Origin: Alphaproteobacteria bacterium | GTDB taxonomy: Bacteria; Pseudomonadota; Alphaproteobacteria; SP197 | Reading direction: 5' to 3' | Length of the DNA stretch: 64,000 nt | Assembly (NCBI GenBank): GCA_964291415.2 | Contig: OZ219920.1 | Coordinates: forward strand, 192,001 to 256,000 | Part shown: positions 1 to 11,192 of the stretch, one piece after another | Position numbering within the stretch: the stretch's first letter is position 1 | Layout: each line of letters starts with the position of its first letter | The notes under the pieces: generated by a model | Told to the model about the DNA's origin: nothing | Database searches by the model: none | Seen by the model: only the letters and a program-made list of their open reading frames with translations | Position numbers and translations under genes: made by a program

Positions 1-2058
<2,058 letters not shown>

Positions 2059-2084
2059 TCATCTGACTGCAGGGGGTGAACGTA

Positions 2085-2145
2085 GGTATTGAGTATATTC
2101 GAGTACAACGATTATTATCGAATATGGCAATAGTATTTTACGAAG
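2085..2145. promoter_or_regulatory. Divergent katG/oxyR promoter region with probable OxyR/LysR boxes
   Basis: AT-rich island in GC-rich DNA. Minus-strand TATACT (-10-like) at 2092-2097. TTCG-N7-CGAT (2098-2112) and ATCG-N7-CAAT (2117-2131) resemble the OxyR ATAG-N7-CTAT half-sites. Confidence 0.6.
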
Positions 2146-2167
2146 ATATCGGCTCAGGTGGCGCGCG

Positions 2168-3070
2168 ATGAAGCGCCTGCCCACGATGAAGCAACTCCAG
2201 TATCTGGTGGCGCTGGCCGACACCCGGCACTTCGGCCGAGCGGCGGAGCGCTGTCATATCACCCAGTCGACGCTCAGCGCGGGCATTCGCGATCTTGAGG
2301 CTGTGCTCGGCACCGCGGTCGCCGAGCGTTCCAACAGGCATGTGCTGATCACCCGGGCGGGTGCGGAGATCGCCGAGAGGGCGAAAGCGCTGCTGCGCGA
2401 CGCCGAAGACGTCATGGACGTGGCGAGGGCAGGGCGCTCTGCGATGACGGGCGAGATGCGACTTGGGGTGATCCCCACGATCGGCCCCTTTCTGCTGCCG
2501 CGCGTCCTGCCCGGGCTGAGGGAGAGGTTCCCGGAGCTGACGATCTACCTGAGAGAGGAGCAGACGGCACAGTTGCTCTCCCGGTTGGATGACGCGGATC
2601 TGGACGCCGCCGTGATCGCGCTGCCGTACGACATGGGGGGCTTCGATTCCCGCGTCATCCTCGAGGATGAGTTCCTGTTCGCCTGCAACCGGGATCACGC
2701 GCTTGCCGGCGCGGAAGAGGTATCCCTCGATGCGCTTGCGGACGAACGCCTTCTGTTGCTGGAAGAGGGTCACTGCCTGCGCGGTCATGCGCTGGACGTT
2801 TGCGACAAGGGAGACACGATCACACGGGCGCAGTTCGAGGCCAGCAGTCTCTACACGCTGGTGCACATGGTTGCAGCGGGGATCGGCGTCACCCTGGTGC
2901 CCCGGCTCGCGGCCGACGCCGACATCGCGCGGGGAACGGACATCTCGCTGTCACGCCTTGCCACGCCCGCGTCGCGCCAGATCGGATTGGCGTGGCGCCA
3001 ATCGTCGTTGCGAGCGGAAGAGTTCACAACGTTGGCGGACACACTGCGCGAGTTGATCAACATCGCGTGA
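2168..3070 (+). CDS. oxyR: Hydrogen peroxide-inducible LysR activator OxyR
   Basis: LysR HTH (HFGRAAERCHITQSTLS). Redox Cys pair in GHCLRGHALDVC (C199/C208 equivalents). Divergent from katG. Confidence 0.93.
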   Translation: MKRLPTMKQLQYLVALADTRHFGRAAERCHITQSTLSAGIRDLEAVLGTAVAERSNRHVLITRAGAEIAERAKALLRDAEDVMDVARAGRSAMTGEMRLGVIPTIGPFLLPRVLPGLRERFPELTIYLREEQTAQLLSRLDDADLDAAVIALPYDMGGFDSRVILEDEFLFACNRDHALAGAEEVSLDALADERLLLLEEGHCLRGHALDVCDKGDTITRAQFEASSLYTLVHMVAAGIGVTLVPRLAADADIARGTDISLSRLATPASRQIGLAWRQSSLRAEEFTTLADTLRELINIA

Positions 3071-3096
3071 ACTCTTCGCCTCCGCATGGAAAGAAC

Positions 3097-3459
3097 ATGA
3101 CCAGTGATGAAATCCTGGTCGACCGGATGCGCCGGATCCTCTCCCGACGGGAAGGGTGCTCCGAGCGCCGGATGTTCGGCACCGTCTGCTTCATGATGCA
3201 TGGAAACATGCGCGCCGGGACTTGGAAGGGGTTCTTGATCGGGCGGTTCGACAAGAAAGATCATGACGCGATGCTAGCCAAGCCGTAGACCGGCCCCGCC
3301 GACATGAATGGCCGTGCCATGAAGGGCTGGGCGCGGGTCGAACCAGCGGGCATTGCATCGGACGATCAGCTTGCAGTATGGCTCGACAGGGCCGCGAGGT
3401 TCGCCGGTTCCCTTCCGGCCAAGGAACGCGCTCCGAAGGCGCGGCCGGGCGGCATGTAG
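3097..3459 (+). pseudogene. TfoX/Sxy N-terminal-domain family gene interrupted by an in-frame TAG at 3286-3288
   Basis: ERRMFGTVCFMMHGNM...AMLAKP*TGPADMNGRAMKGWARVEPAGIASDDQLAVWLDRAARFAGSLPAK. The family-like sequence continues in frame after the stop. Confidence 0.8.
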
Positions 3460-3469
3460 AGAGGCATGA

Positions 3470-4363
3470 ATGGATTGCAATGAGTCGACTCGTCGTCCCG
3501 ACTGGCTGTCGGACGGCATGTATCCGTTCGAGAGCAGATTCTTCACCACCCGGTCTGGACACCGGATGCACTTCGTCGACGAAGGCGACGGCGAGCCTAT
3601 CGTATTCGTACACGGCAATCCCGCTTGGTCATTTGAGTTTCGGCATCTGATCGAGGGCCTTCGGTCCGGGTTCCGGTGCGTCGCGGCCGATCATGTCGGG
3701 TTCGGGCTGTCGTCGCGAAGCGACCGGAGCGAAGATCATCACCCCGAGAGTCATGCGGCTCGCTTCGCTTCCCTGATGGACCATCTCGATCTTCAGGACC
3801 TCACCCTGGTCATGGAGGACTGGGGCGGACCGATCGGTCTTGACTTCGCACGCCGACAGCCGGAACGCGTCAAGCGGCTCGTGATCGGCAACACGTGGTG
3901 CTGGCCTGTCCGCGACGAGTTTCACTTCATATGGTTCAGTTTCCTGATGTCGAGTTGGATCGGGCAGTACCTCCTCAAGCGCCACAACATCTTCGTGAAC
4001 ACACTGATGCCGGTGGCTGTCGGCGACAGAAGCGTCCTGACGCCGGAGATCATGGCTCACTACCGCAATGCGCTCCCTTCGCCCGATGCGCGGGCCGCGA
4101 TGGCCGCCTTCCCGGGTTACATCGTCGGCGCGAGCGACTGGCTGGAAACGATCTGGCGCGAGCGCGCGGCCTTCGCAAACAAGCCCGCACTCATTGCATG
4201 GGGGCACCGGGACATCGCGTTCCGGAGGAAAGAACTCGACCGGTGGAAATCCGAGCTTTCCAACATTGAGGTGCACGAGTTCACGGACTGCGGACATTAT
4301 CTGGCGGAGGAAGCCTTTGAACACCTGGTAAGTGCGCTTCGGGCTTTCATGCACCGGACGTGA
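3470..4363 (+). CDS. Alpha/beta hydrolase, haloalkane dehalogenase-like
   Basis: YPFESRF, MHFVDEG, HGNPAWSF oxyanion motif, GFGLS, nucleophile motif EDWGG and C-terminal GHYLAEE. Confidence 0.85.
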   Translation: MDCNESTRRPDWLSDGMYPFESRFFTTRSGHRMHFVDEGDGEPIVFVHGNPAWSFEFRHLIEGLRSGFRCVAADHVGFGLSSRSDRSEDHHPESHAARFASLMDHLDLQDLTLVMEDWGGPIGLDFARRQPERVKRLVIGNTWCWPVRDEFHFIWFSFLMSSWIGQYLLKRHNIFVNTLMPVAVGDRSVLTPEIMAHYRNALPSPDARAAMAAFPGYIVGASDWLETIWRERAAFANKPALIAWGHRDIAFRRKELDRWKSELSNIEVHEFTDCGHYLAEEAFEHLVSALRAFMHRT

Positions 4364-4439
4364 AGACCCGTTTACATGTCGGCGGTTTCCGTATGGGTAT
4401 GGACGCACGCTTGCTGCCGGTGCCCCTGCAGTTGTCGAG

Positions 4440-4635
4440 ACCGACCCGTCGCATCGGCGATGATGTTGCCGACCCTTTCCGCCGCTTCGGCAAGGTGGGC
4501 GTAGCCCGATGTGGTGCGACCGAGCGGCCTCACCGAGCGGTACGGACTTCGAGTCTTCGAGGCAGAGGGTGTTGTCACCGACATTCCGCCGGCGAAGATT
4601 GGGCACTTCGCCGCGGCGGCAGCCGGTGTGGCCTT
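4440..4635 (-). pseudogene. Eroded tyrosine recombinase/integrase catalytic-domain remnant
   Basis: One minus frame from 4627 reads TGCRRGEVPNLRRRNVGDNTLCLEDSKSVPLGEAAR (box I Arg and DSK Lys). A second frame reads LGRTTSGYAHLAEAAERVGNIIADA (catalytic Tyr at 4503-4501). The HxxR box is missing. Confidence 0.75.
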
Positions 4636-4718
4636 TCGCGGGATGGGCGGCAGGCGGGCCTTTGACGGACAGCCTGACCGTGGGTGTGCGCGGCGGGGTT
4701 CGAGGTTGTGCGTGCGGG

Positions 4719-5468
4719 TCAGGTCGTCAGGCCGCCGTCGACATTGAGTGTCTGGCCGGTGACGTAGTCGGCGCCGGCGGCAAGAAAGAGGATGACATCG
4801 CCGTAGTCTTCCGGTTCGCCGGCCCGGCCCAGCGGCACCTCGAAGGTGTCGTCGCCGAAACGGCACATCCAGTCCGAATTGACGACGCCCGGGGCAATGG
4901 CATTGACGCGGACTCCGGGGGCCAGGGCCCGCGCCCACTCCCGGGTGAGACTGACCAGGCCAGCCTTGGTGGCGCAGTAGACCGAACTCGAGCCGCCGCC
5001 GCCATGTGCCGAGATCGAGGCCGTGTTCACGATGGCGCCTCCGGACTGCCTCAGCGCCGGCGCGGCCTCCCGGGTACAACGCCAGGGGCCGATGAGATTG
5101 ACGTTCAGCAGCAGGTTCCAGAAGGCCTCGTCCTGACGGTCGAAATCCCCGGGCGGGATCGGCTGCGTCGTCCCCGGGGTGCCGGCATTGTTCACCAGGT
5201 AATCGAGGCCGCCGAGGTCGGCGATGGCCCGGCGCACCATGCGTGGACCATCGATGCTGTCTCCGACATCGCCGGGTGCCGCGACGACCTCCAGGCCCTC
5301 GGCTGCAAGCCCGGCCACCACCGCGTCGAGCTTGTCCGTGCCGGCAAGGTCGTTGACCGCGACGCGGGCGCCACAGCGGGCGAGGGCCCGCACCGCGCCA
5401 AGGCCGATGCCCGAAGCGCCTCCCGTCACGAGGGCGCGTCGCCCGGAAAGATCAAAGGTCGCCTGCAT
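4719..5468 (-). CDS. Short-chain dehydrogenase/reductase
   Basis: TGGASGIG, NNAG and YCATK motifs. Start trimmed to MQATFDL after SD AAGGA. Confidence 0.92.
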   Translation of the reverse strand: MQATFDLSGRRALVTGGASGIGLGAVRALARCGARVAVNDLAGTDKLDAVVAGLAAEGLEVVAAPGDVGDSIDGPRMVRRAIADLGGLDYLVNNAGTPGTTQPIPPGDFDRQDEAFWNLLLNVNLIGPWRCTREAAPALRQSGGAIVNTASISAHGGGGSSSVYCATKAGLVSLTREWARALAPGVRVNAIAPGVVNSDWMCRFGDDTFEVPLGRAGEPEDYGDVILFLAAGADYVTGQTLNVDGGLTT

Positions 5469-5502
5469 GGTGTCCTTTCCCTTGTTGAAGTTCGGTGTCG
5501 GG

Positions 5503-7581
5503 TCAGCGTCCTTCGGCGCGCCATGCGGCGGCCAGCCCGCCAATGAAGGCAAGGAGAACAAACCACGCCGGCATGAGGGCCAGCAGGTCGATGCCGAGCA
5601 CGACATGGCGGTTGTGGTCGACGAGGCCGATCCACCCCGGGCCGCTCATGTCGTGCCCGGCTGTCACCCGGCGAACCGCGGGCAGGGGGTCATGAGCGAT
5701 CCACGACAGGTGCCCTCCCGATTCTTCGACCAGGGGCTCCAGGTGCGCGCTCGTCGGTCGCGGGTCACGCCATTCCAGGGGATTGTGGCTGCCGACCCCG
5801 ATCCAGGTCGCCATGGCGCCGTCCGAGATGTGGTGAAGGCCGGTTTCGACGGCGACGAAGTCTCCCCTGGCGCGGCCAGGAGAGAGAGATTCGAGATCGA
5901 GCGTCGTCGTCGCCCCCGAAGGTGCCGTGACGACGACCTCGGCATCGTCGTCCTCCATGCTGCGCCGCACCACGGTGATGAGACCGTTCTTCTCCGTGGC
6001 GGTCAGCGCATTCTCCTCCAGGTCCGGCTCCTGCATGAGCCAGTGGGCGACGCGGCGCAGCAGTTCGGTGCCCGGTCCGCCACCATCGTAGCCGCGTGAC
6101 CACAGCCACAGGTGATCGGAGAGCAACTGGGCGACACGGCCCTCGCCGGCGCGCGAAATGACGAGCAGGGGTGCGCCGCCGGCGCCGTCGAGCAGGACGT
6201 CGCCCGTGGTCGCCGTGGTCTCGACGTGACGGAACCAGCGTCCCCAGGACGGGACGTCCTCTCCGATACCGGCCAGGGTGGCGGTGACCGGATGACGGCG
6301 TCCGGCCGCCGTGGCGCCGGGACGGAAGGGTTCGACGTGGACCGTGCCAGTGGGACGGGCAGGCATGAGCTCGCCAAGGACAGTCGCATGGAGGCCAAGC
6401 GCGGTCGCGAAATCCGGCCCGGCTGCAACCATCATCGCGCCGCCGTCCGTGACGTAGTCGGCGATGTTCTGCAGGTGGATCTCGGGGATGACCCCCCTCT
6501 TGCGGTAGCGGTCGAAGATGATGAGGTCAAAGTTGCCGATCTGCCCTTCGAACAGCTCCCGGACCGGGAAGGCGATCAGCGCCAGTTCGCGAATGGGGGT
6601 GGAATCCTGCTTTTCCGGGGGACGCAGAATGGTGAAGTGCACCAGTTCGACGGCCGGATCCGACTTCAGGGTGTTGCGCCAGATGCGCTCGCCGGTGTGG
6701 GCTTCTCCGGAAACCAGCAGGACCTTCAGGTCCTCGCGGACCCCGTTGATCGGCAACACCGCCTGGTTGTTGACGGTGGTGATCTCCCCGGGGTTCTCCT
6801 CGACCTCGAGGCGCACGACGGAGAGTCCTGCATGAGAGAGGGCGACACGCACTTCGTGGCGCTCGCCAACGGTGACCCGGCGGGAAATCGTGACTCCGTC
6901 CGGCGTGGTCACGGTGACGAGAACCGGTGTTCCAACAGCAGTGTGATCGAACACCTGGAAGACGATGGGAAGCGCCTCGTCAACCACCCCGTAGCGAGGC
7001 GCCTCGATAATCTCGAGTCTCCTGTCGAAGACACTCGAGCGACCGCTGACCAGGACATGAAGCGGCGCCGACCATCTCAGACCGGCCAGGGAATCGGGAA
7101 CATCGTGGACCGCGCCGTCGGTGATCATGATGACAGCGGAGACCGATTCGCCCGGAACATCGGCCAGCGCCCGGGTGAGGGCGCCCATGAGGCGCGTGCC
7201 TGAATCGGCAGGGCCGTCGACGGCCTCCGGAAGGGCCTCGACAACGCGCACTTCGAGATTGTCGAGGCGCGCCAGACGCTCGCCGAGTTCCCTGACCGCA
7301 CTGTCGGTCAGGGCCGGACGGTCGCCAAGCGTCATGCTTGCCGAACGGTCGACGAGGACGACCGCCAGGTCCGCCAGATCTTCCCTGTGTTCCTCGACGA
7401 GCGATGGGTTGAGAACGGCCAGGAGCGTTACGGCGACGGCGACGGCGCGCCACGGCGTGCCCGGCATGCCACGCACCAGGCCGAACACCAGAAGTGCCGC
7501 CATCAGGAGTCCCGCCAGAGCGACGAGCGGCACGGGAAGGAGTGGCGCCCAGGTGATGTCGGTGAGTGTTCCCATGGTCAC
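5503..7581 (-). CDS. Membrane protein with vWA and glutamine-amidotransferase-like fold (MoxR operon member)
   Basis: N-terminal TM helices, MIDAS DRSAS and ITDG, LKSDPAVELVHFTILRPPEKQD motif, C-terminal TM helix. Overlaps the upstream stop. Confidence 0.8.
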   Translation of the reverse strand: MTMGTLTDITWAPLLPVPLVALAGLLMAALLVFGLVRGMPGTPWRAVAVAVTLLAVLNPSLVEEHREDLADLAVVLVDRSASMTLGDRPALTDSAVRELGERLARLDNLEVRVVEALPEAVDGPADSGTRLMGALTRALADVPGESVSAVIMITDGAVHDVPDSLAGLRWSAPLHVLVSGRSSVFDRRLEIIEAPRYGVVDEALPIVFQVFDHTAVGTPVLVTVTTPDGVTISRRVTVGERHEVRVALSHAGLSVVRLEVEENPGEITTVNNQAVLPINGVREDLKVLLVSGEAHTGERIWRNTLKSDPAVELVHFTILRPPEKQDSTPIRELALIAFPVRELFEGQIGNFDLIIFDRYRKRGVIPEIHLQNIADYVTDGGAMMVAAGPDFATALGLHATVLGELMPARPTGTVHVEPFRPGATAAGRRHPVTATLAGIGEDVPSWGRWFRHVETTATTGDVLLDGAGGAPLLVISRAGEGRVAQLLSDHLWLWSRGYDGGGPGTELLRRVAHWLMQEPDLEENALTATEKNGLITVVRRSMEDDDAEVVVTAPSGATTTLDLESLSPGRARGDFVAVETGLHHISDGAMATWIGVGSHNPLEWRDPRPTSAHLEPLVEESGGHLSWIAHDPLPAVRRVTAGHDMSGPGWIGLVDHNRHVVLGIDLLALMPAWFVLLAFIGGLAAAWRAEGR

Positions 7582-10289
7582 TGGCCGAGGCGTTCGAGGA
7601 TGATGGGAAGGTGAACGGCATCGGCCTTGTAGTTGCCGGTCAGCGCGTACATCGCCAGGTTGACACCGAAACGGAAAGCCATTTCGCGCTGGCGCTCGCC
7701 GCCTGGAACCGCCGGGTGGAGCGGTTGCAGCTGGTTGTTGAGAGCCCAGGCCCCCGCCCAGTCGTTGCTGCCGATGATGATGGATGAGACGCCATCATTC
7801 AGGCCCCCGGGGTGCTGTTCCACCCATGTCGCACCGCCTGTCCAGCGTCCGGGAAAGTCCTGCAGCAGATAGTATGACTGGGTGAGGACGTGACCGGGCG
7901 CCACCCGCATGAGCGCCGGGATGTTGAGTCCTCTCAGCATGTCGGGAAGCCGTGCCGCGTTGGGACCGACACCCGAGAGTCCGGCAAGGTTGCGGTCGGC
8001 ATCGCGCGTGTCGACCACGAGGATGCCGCCGGTGGCGAGGTAGGTATCGAGCCTGGCCCGGGCATCGGCCGAGGGCACCGGCTGCTCGATCGTGATGGGC
8101 CAGTAGATCAACGGGTGGAGGACAAGGTCGTCGGTCTCGAGGGAAAGGGCGACGGGCTGGCCGGGTTCGATGGAGGTGCGCGCCGTCAGAATCGCCCCCA
8201 GCCCGGAGAGTCCGGCCTTCGACGTCCGGTCAACCCCGGGGTCTCCCGTGCTGACGTAGCCGAAACGGACATCCAGAACGGCTTCCGGAACTCCGGCGGG
8301 GTCATCGTCGGCCATGGTCGCGGAGCCCGTGGCGGCGACCACCAGGAGGATGACAACCGCCGCCGACTGGCGGGCGAACGACGGAACGATCCCGCGCAGC
8401 AGCATGCTGGCAGCGATTTCGAGGAAGGCCACCAGGAGTACGAGGCCGAGAAGGAAGGGGCGCAGATCGATATCACCGGCCCCGACGAGGCCGGTCACGG
8501 TGACACTGTCGGGGAGTGTCAGGGTGTCGGGGGGTTCCAGGCGCGAACCCAGGTTCACGGCCCTGGCGAGATCGCTTGTTCCATAGATGCCGGGCGGATG
8601 GCGTGGTCCGGGAATGACATCCGCGATGTCCGTGGCGACGATGGCCGAAACGTGCGGCTCCGGCACGGCGGGACTGCCGAAGCCGTCGAGTGTCACGAGC
8701 GCGGGAAGCACGACGTCTTCGAGACCGGCGTTCGACCCCTCGGCAAGCAGGGCAAGGCGCCTGATCATGCCAGCGAAGAGACCGGACAGCGGCAGGTTCG
8801 TCCATTGCGTGTTGGCGGTGGTGTGGATCAGCACGATCCAGCCGTCGCCACGCCTGCCGGCGGTCACAAGCGGCGTGCCATCCTCCAGCCTCGCCCAGGT
8901 CTTCGACGAGAGTTCGGCCGTCGGTTCGGCAAGGACCTGGCGGTCGACCAGGACGTCCGGGGGTGCCTCCAGCCCGAAGAAGGGCGAGGTGGCGTCGAAC
9001 TCGGCAATTCGCTGGGGGCGGCTCCAGCTCATGACTCCGCCCAGAGCTCTCTGGCGAGCACGCAGGGCGACGGGCAGGAGATCGTCGCTTTCCCTGGAGA
9101 ACGCCGGGCCGGCAAATCGCACCAGGACGCCGCCCGCAGCGAGCCAGTCCTCAAGCAGGGGGCGCATGGTTGCGGCGACAGTGCCGATATCGGCCAGAAC
9201 CATCACGGCCGGTGGCCTGTCAAGCAGTCTGCCGAGCGTGTCCTGGCGGATGTCGGCGTCCTGTTCCAGGGCCCGCGCCAGGAAGTAGGTCGGCGACAGA
9301 AGCGAATGCTGCACCTCAATGTCGCCTCCGGCGACGAGGCCGACAGACGGACGCTTCCAGCGCTGATCCAGCAGCGCCACGGCCGCCGCGGTTGTCTCGT
9401 TCTCGACGGCAAGGCGGGAGATGCTGTTGCGCACCTCCAGTGGCAGCGCCAACGTCGTTCTGGCCATGCTTGACCCGGAAGCAAAGTCGAGCTTGAGACG
9501 GGCGACCAGGCGGCCTGCGGAATCCTCGGCGACCACCCAGACCGCCGTGTCCCCCAGCGAGTCGCTGCGCAGGGCCTCCACCACCAGTTCTCCATTCTCC
9601 ACGCCGGGTTCGGGCAGAAGGAGGGCGGGCCTTTCCGCCCCGGTCATCACCGTGAGATCGCCAAGTGCCTCGAGAGCGGCAAGCAGGCTGGCGTCTCCGG
9701 GGTCTGCGATATCGTCCGCCAGCCAGAAGACATGTCCGATGGACCCGAGACCGACCAGAGCCTCCGCCGCTCCCTGCCTGTCGGTTGGCCAGGGGTGGGG
9801 GATGAGTTCAAGAATCTGGCCGGCAGCGTCGTCCGGAGTCATCAGGCCCGAGTGCCGTAAGGGCGCGCCGTCCGCTGCGGGCGCCGTGGTCATCAGGACA
9901 ACCAGGCGGCCCTCGCGATCTGCCAGGTCGACGAGATCCTCGAGAGCGGCAAGCCTCGCCGGCCAGTTCCTTCCGGCAGCCCAGCCGTCGTCGACGACGA
10001 CGAGCATGTCGCCGCCGTCCAGGGACCGTCCACTCCAGGTGACGATCGGGTGGGCAACGGCGAGTATGAGCAGGGAGACCAGTGCCATCCTGAGCAGGAT
10101 CAGCCACAACGGCGTCGTTTCGGCCGTCCGGCGGTCGGTGTTGAGTCCGAAGAGGAAGCGAACGGTCGGCAGCGACACCCGTCGCGGCCGTGGCGGCACG
10201 GCCCTCAGCAACCACCACAGAAGCGGCAGCACGACAAGGGCGACGAGCGCCCAGGGAACGGCAAAGGCAAGCGGCCCGAGACTCGCCAT
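7578..10289 (-). CDS. BatA N-terminal + vWA-like + DUF4159 membrane protein
   Basis: LPLLWWLLRAVPPRP...TPLWLILLRM (BatA-type double TM) and C-terminal NDWAGAWA...RFGVNLAMYALTGNYKAD (DUF4159-type). Confidence 0.85.
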   Translation of the reverse strand: MASLGPLAFAVPWALVALVVLPLLWWLLRAVPPRPRRVSLPTVRFLFGLNTDRRTAETTPLWLILLRMALVSLLILAVAHPIVTWSGRSLDGGDMLVVVDDGWAAGRNWPARLAALEDLVDLADREGRLVVLMTTAPAADGAPLRHSGLMTPDDAAGQILELIPHPWPTDRQGAAEALVGLGSIGHVFWLADDIADPGDASLLAALEALGDLTVMTGAERPALLLPEPGVENGELVVEALRSDSLGDTAVWVVAEDSAGRLVARLKLDFASGSSMARTTLALPLEVRNSISRLAVENETTAAAVALLDQRWKRPSVGLVAGGDIEVQHSLLSPTYFLARALEQDADIRQDTLGRLLDRPPAVMVLADIGTVAATMRPLLEDWLAAGGVLVRFAGPAFSRESDDLLPVALRARQRALGGVMSWSRPQRIAEFDATSPFFGLEAPPDVLVDRQVLAEPTAELSSKTWARLEDGTPLVTAGRRGDGWIVLIHTTANTQWTNLPLSGLFAGMIRRLALLAEGSNAGLEDVVLPALVTLDGFGSPAVPEPHVSAIVATDIADVIPGPRHPPGIYGTSDLARAVNLGSRLEPPDTLTLPDSVTVTGLVGAGDIDLRPFLLGLVLLVAFLEIAASMLLRGIVPSFARQSAAVVILLVVAATGSATMADDDPAGVPEAVLDVRFGYVSTGDPGVDRTSKAGLSGLGAILTARTSIEPGQPVALSLETDDLVLHPLIYWPITIEQPVPSADARARLDTYLATGGILVVDTRDADRNLAGLSGVGPNAARLPDMLRGLNIPALMRVAPGHVLTQSYYLLQDFPGRWTGGATWVEQHPGGLNDGVSSIIIGSNDWAGAWALNNQLQPLHPAVPGGERQREMAFRFGVNLAMYALTGNYKADAVHLPIILERLGQ

Positions 10290-10291
10290 GG

Positions 10292-11176
10292 TCAGGTCAC
10301 GTGGCCGCCCAGATCGATGTAGAGCGGCAGCAGGGCCGCATGGGGGGAGCCATCGGTCCGGTGAACCGTGGTACTCCAGCCGGCGCTGCGTGCCGCCAGG
10401 GCGATGGCTTCGGTGTGGGCCACGAGACGCTCCCGATAGTCGCTGCGCAACGCCTCGCTGCGGTGGGCCAGAATTGTTCCTTCCCGTTCGGTGCCGTCGA
10501 ACAGGACCCGCCCGGCATAGGGGAAGCTCTCCTCGGCCGGATCGACGATTCGCACAAGGTGACCGGCAACGCGCTGTCCGGCGAAGTGGCGGATCCTGTC
10601 TGCGACGGGTTCGACCGGTTCAAGAAAATCGCTGACGAGCACCAGCCGGGCATGGGAGGGCAGGGTTGCCGCCGGAGGCAGGCTGGGGGCGTCGTCGGCC
10701 TCGCCCCGTTGAAGGCGGGTCGCCATGCGGGTCAGTGCGGCGCTCCCCGTTCCTGGTCGTTTGTCAACGCCCAGCAGAGCGATGCTTTCGCCACCGCGGA
10801 CCAGGAGGACAGCAAGGGCCATGACAATGAGCCGTGCCCGTTCGTGCTTGCTGGCAAGCTCCGACGAGGATGCGAAGTGCATCGATGGTGACGTGTCGGC
10901 CCACAGCCACACGCTTTCAGCCGCCTCCCACTCGGTCTCCCTGACATAAAGCCGTGGCGACTTCGCCGATGCCCGCCAGTCGATCATGGCGGCGGCATCG
11001 CCCTGGGCATAGCGGCGAAACTGCCAGAACGTCTCGCCTGGACCGACGCGGCGCCGGCCGTGAACGCCCTGGGCGACCACGGCAGCCACCTGCCGCGCCT
11101 CGACCAGCAGCGGGGGCAGGTGCGCAACGAGCTGTTCGGCGCGCCGGCGAAATCCACTGACCGATTCGACGCTCAT
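10292..11176 (-). CDS. DUF58 domain vWA-like protein
   Basis: GVHGRRRVGPGETFWQFRRY...IDWRASAK...YVRETEWE, MIDAS DTSPS, VSDFL. Confidence 0.92.
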   Translation of the reverse strand: MSVESVSGFRRRAEQLVAHLPPLLVEARQVAAVVAQGVHGRRRVGPGETFWQFRRYAQGDAAAMIDWRASAKSPRLYVRETEWEAAESVWLWADTSPSMHFASSSELASKHERARLIVMALAVLLVRGGESIALLGVDKRPGTGSAALTRMATRLQRGEADDAPSLPPAATLPSHARLVLVSDFLEPVEPVADRIRHFAGQRVAGHLVRIVDPAEESFPYAGRVLFDGTEREGTILAHRSEALRSDYRERLVAHTEAIALAARSAGWSTTVHRTDGSPHAALLPLYIDLGGHVT

Positions 11177-11192
11177 GGCGGGCCGATCGCGC

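Noticed and set aside
3286-3288. Amber recoding (pyrrolysine or alternative genetic code)
   Set aside because: TAG terminates guaB, rpsR and yicC normally, and no pyl genes or suppressor tRNA are in the window.
7890-9473. Long alternative-frame or antisense ORFs, also 12982-14487, 33836-35314, 35909-37399, 20995-22848 and 54129-55736
   Set aside because: Each overlaps a confidently identified gene and has low-complexity Arg/Gly/Pro-rich or shadow composition.
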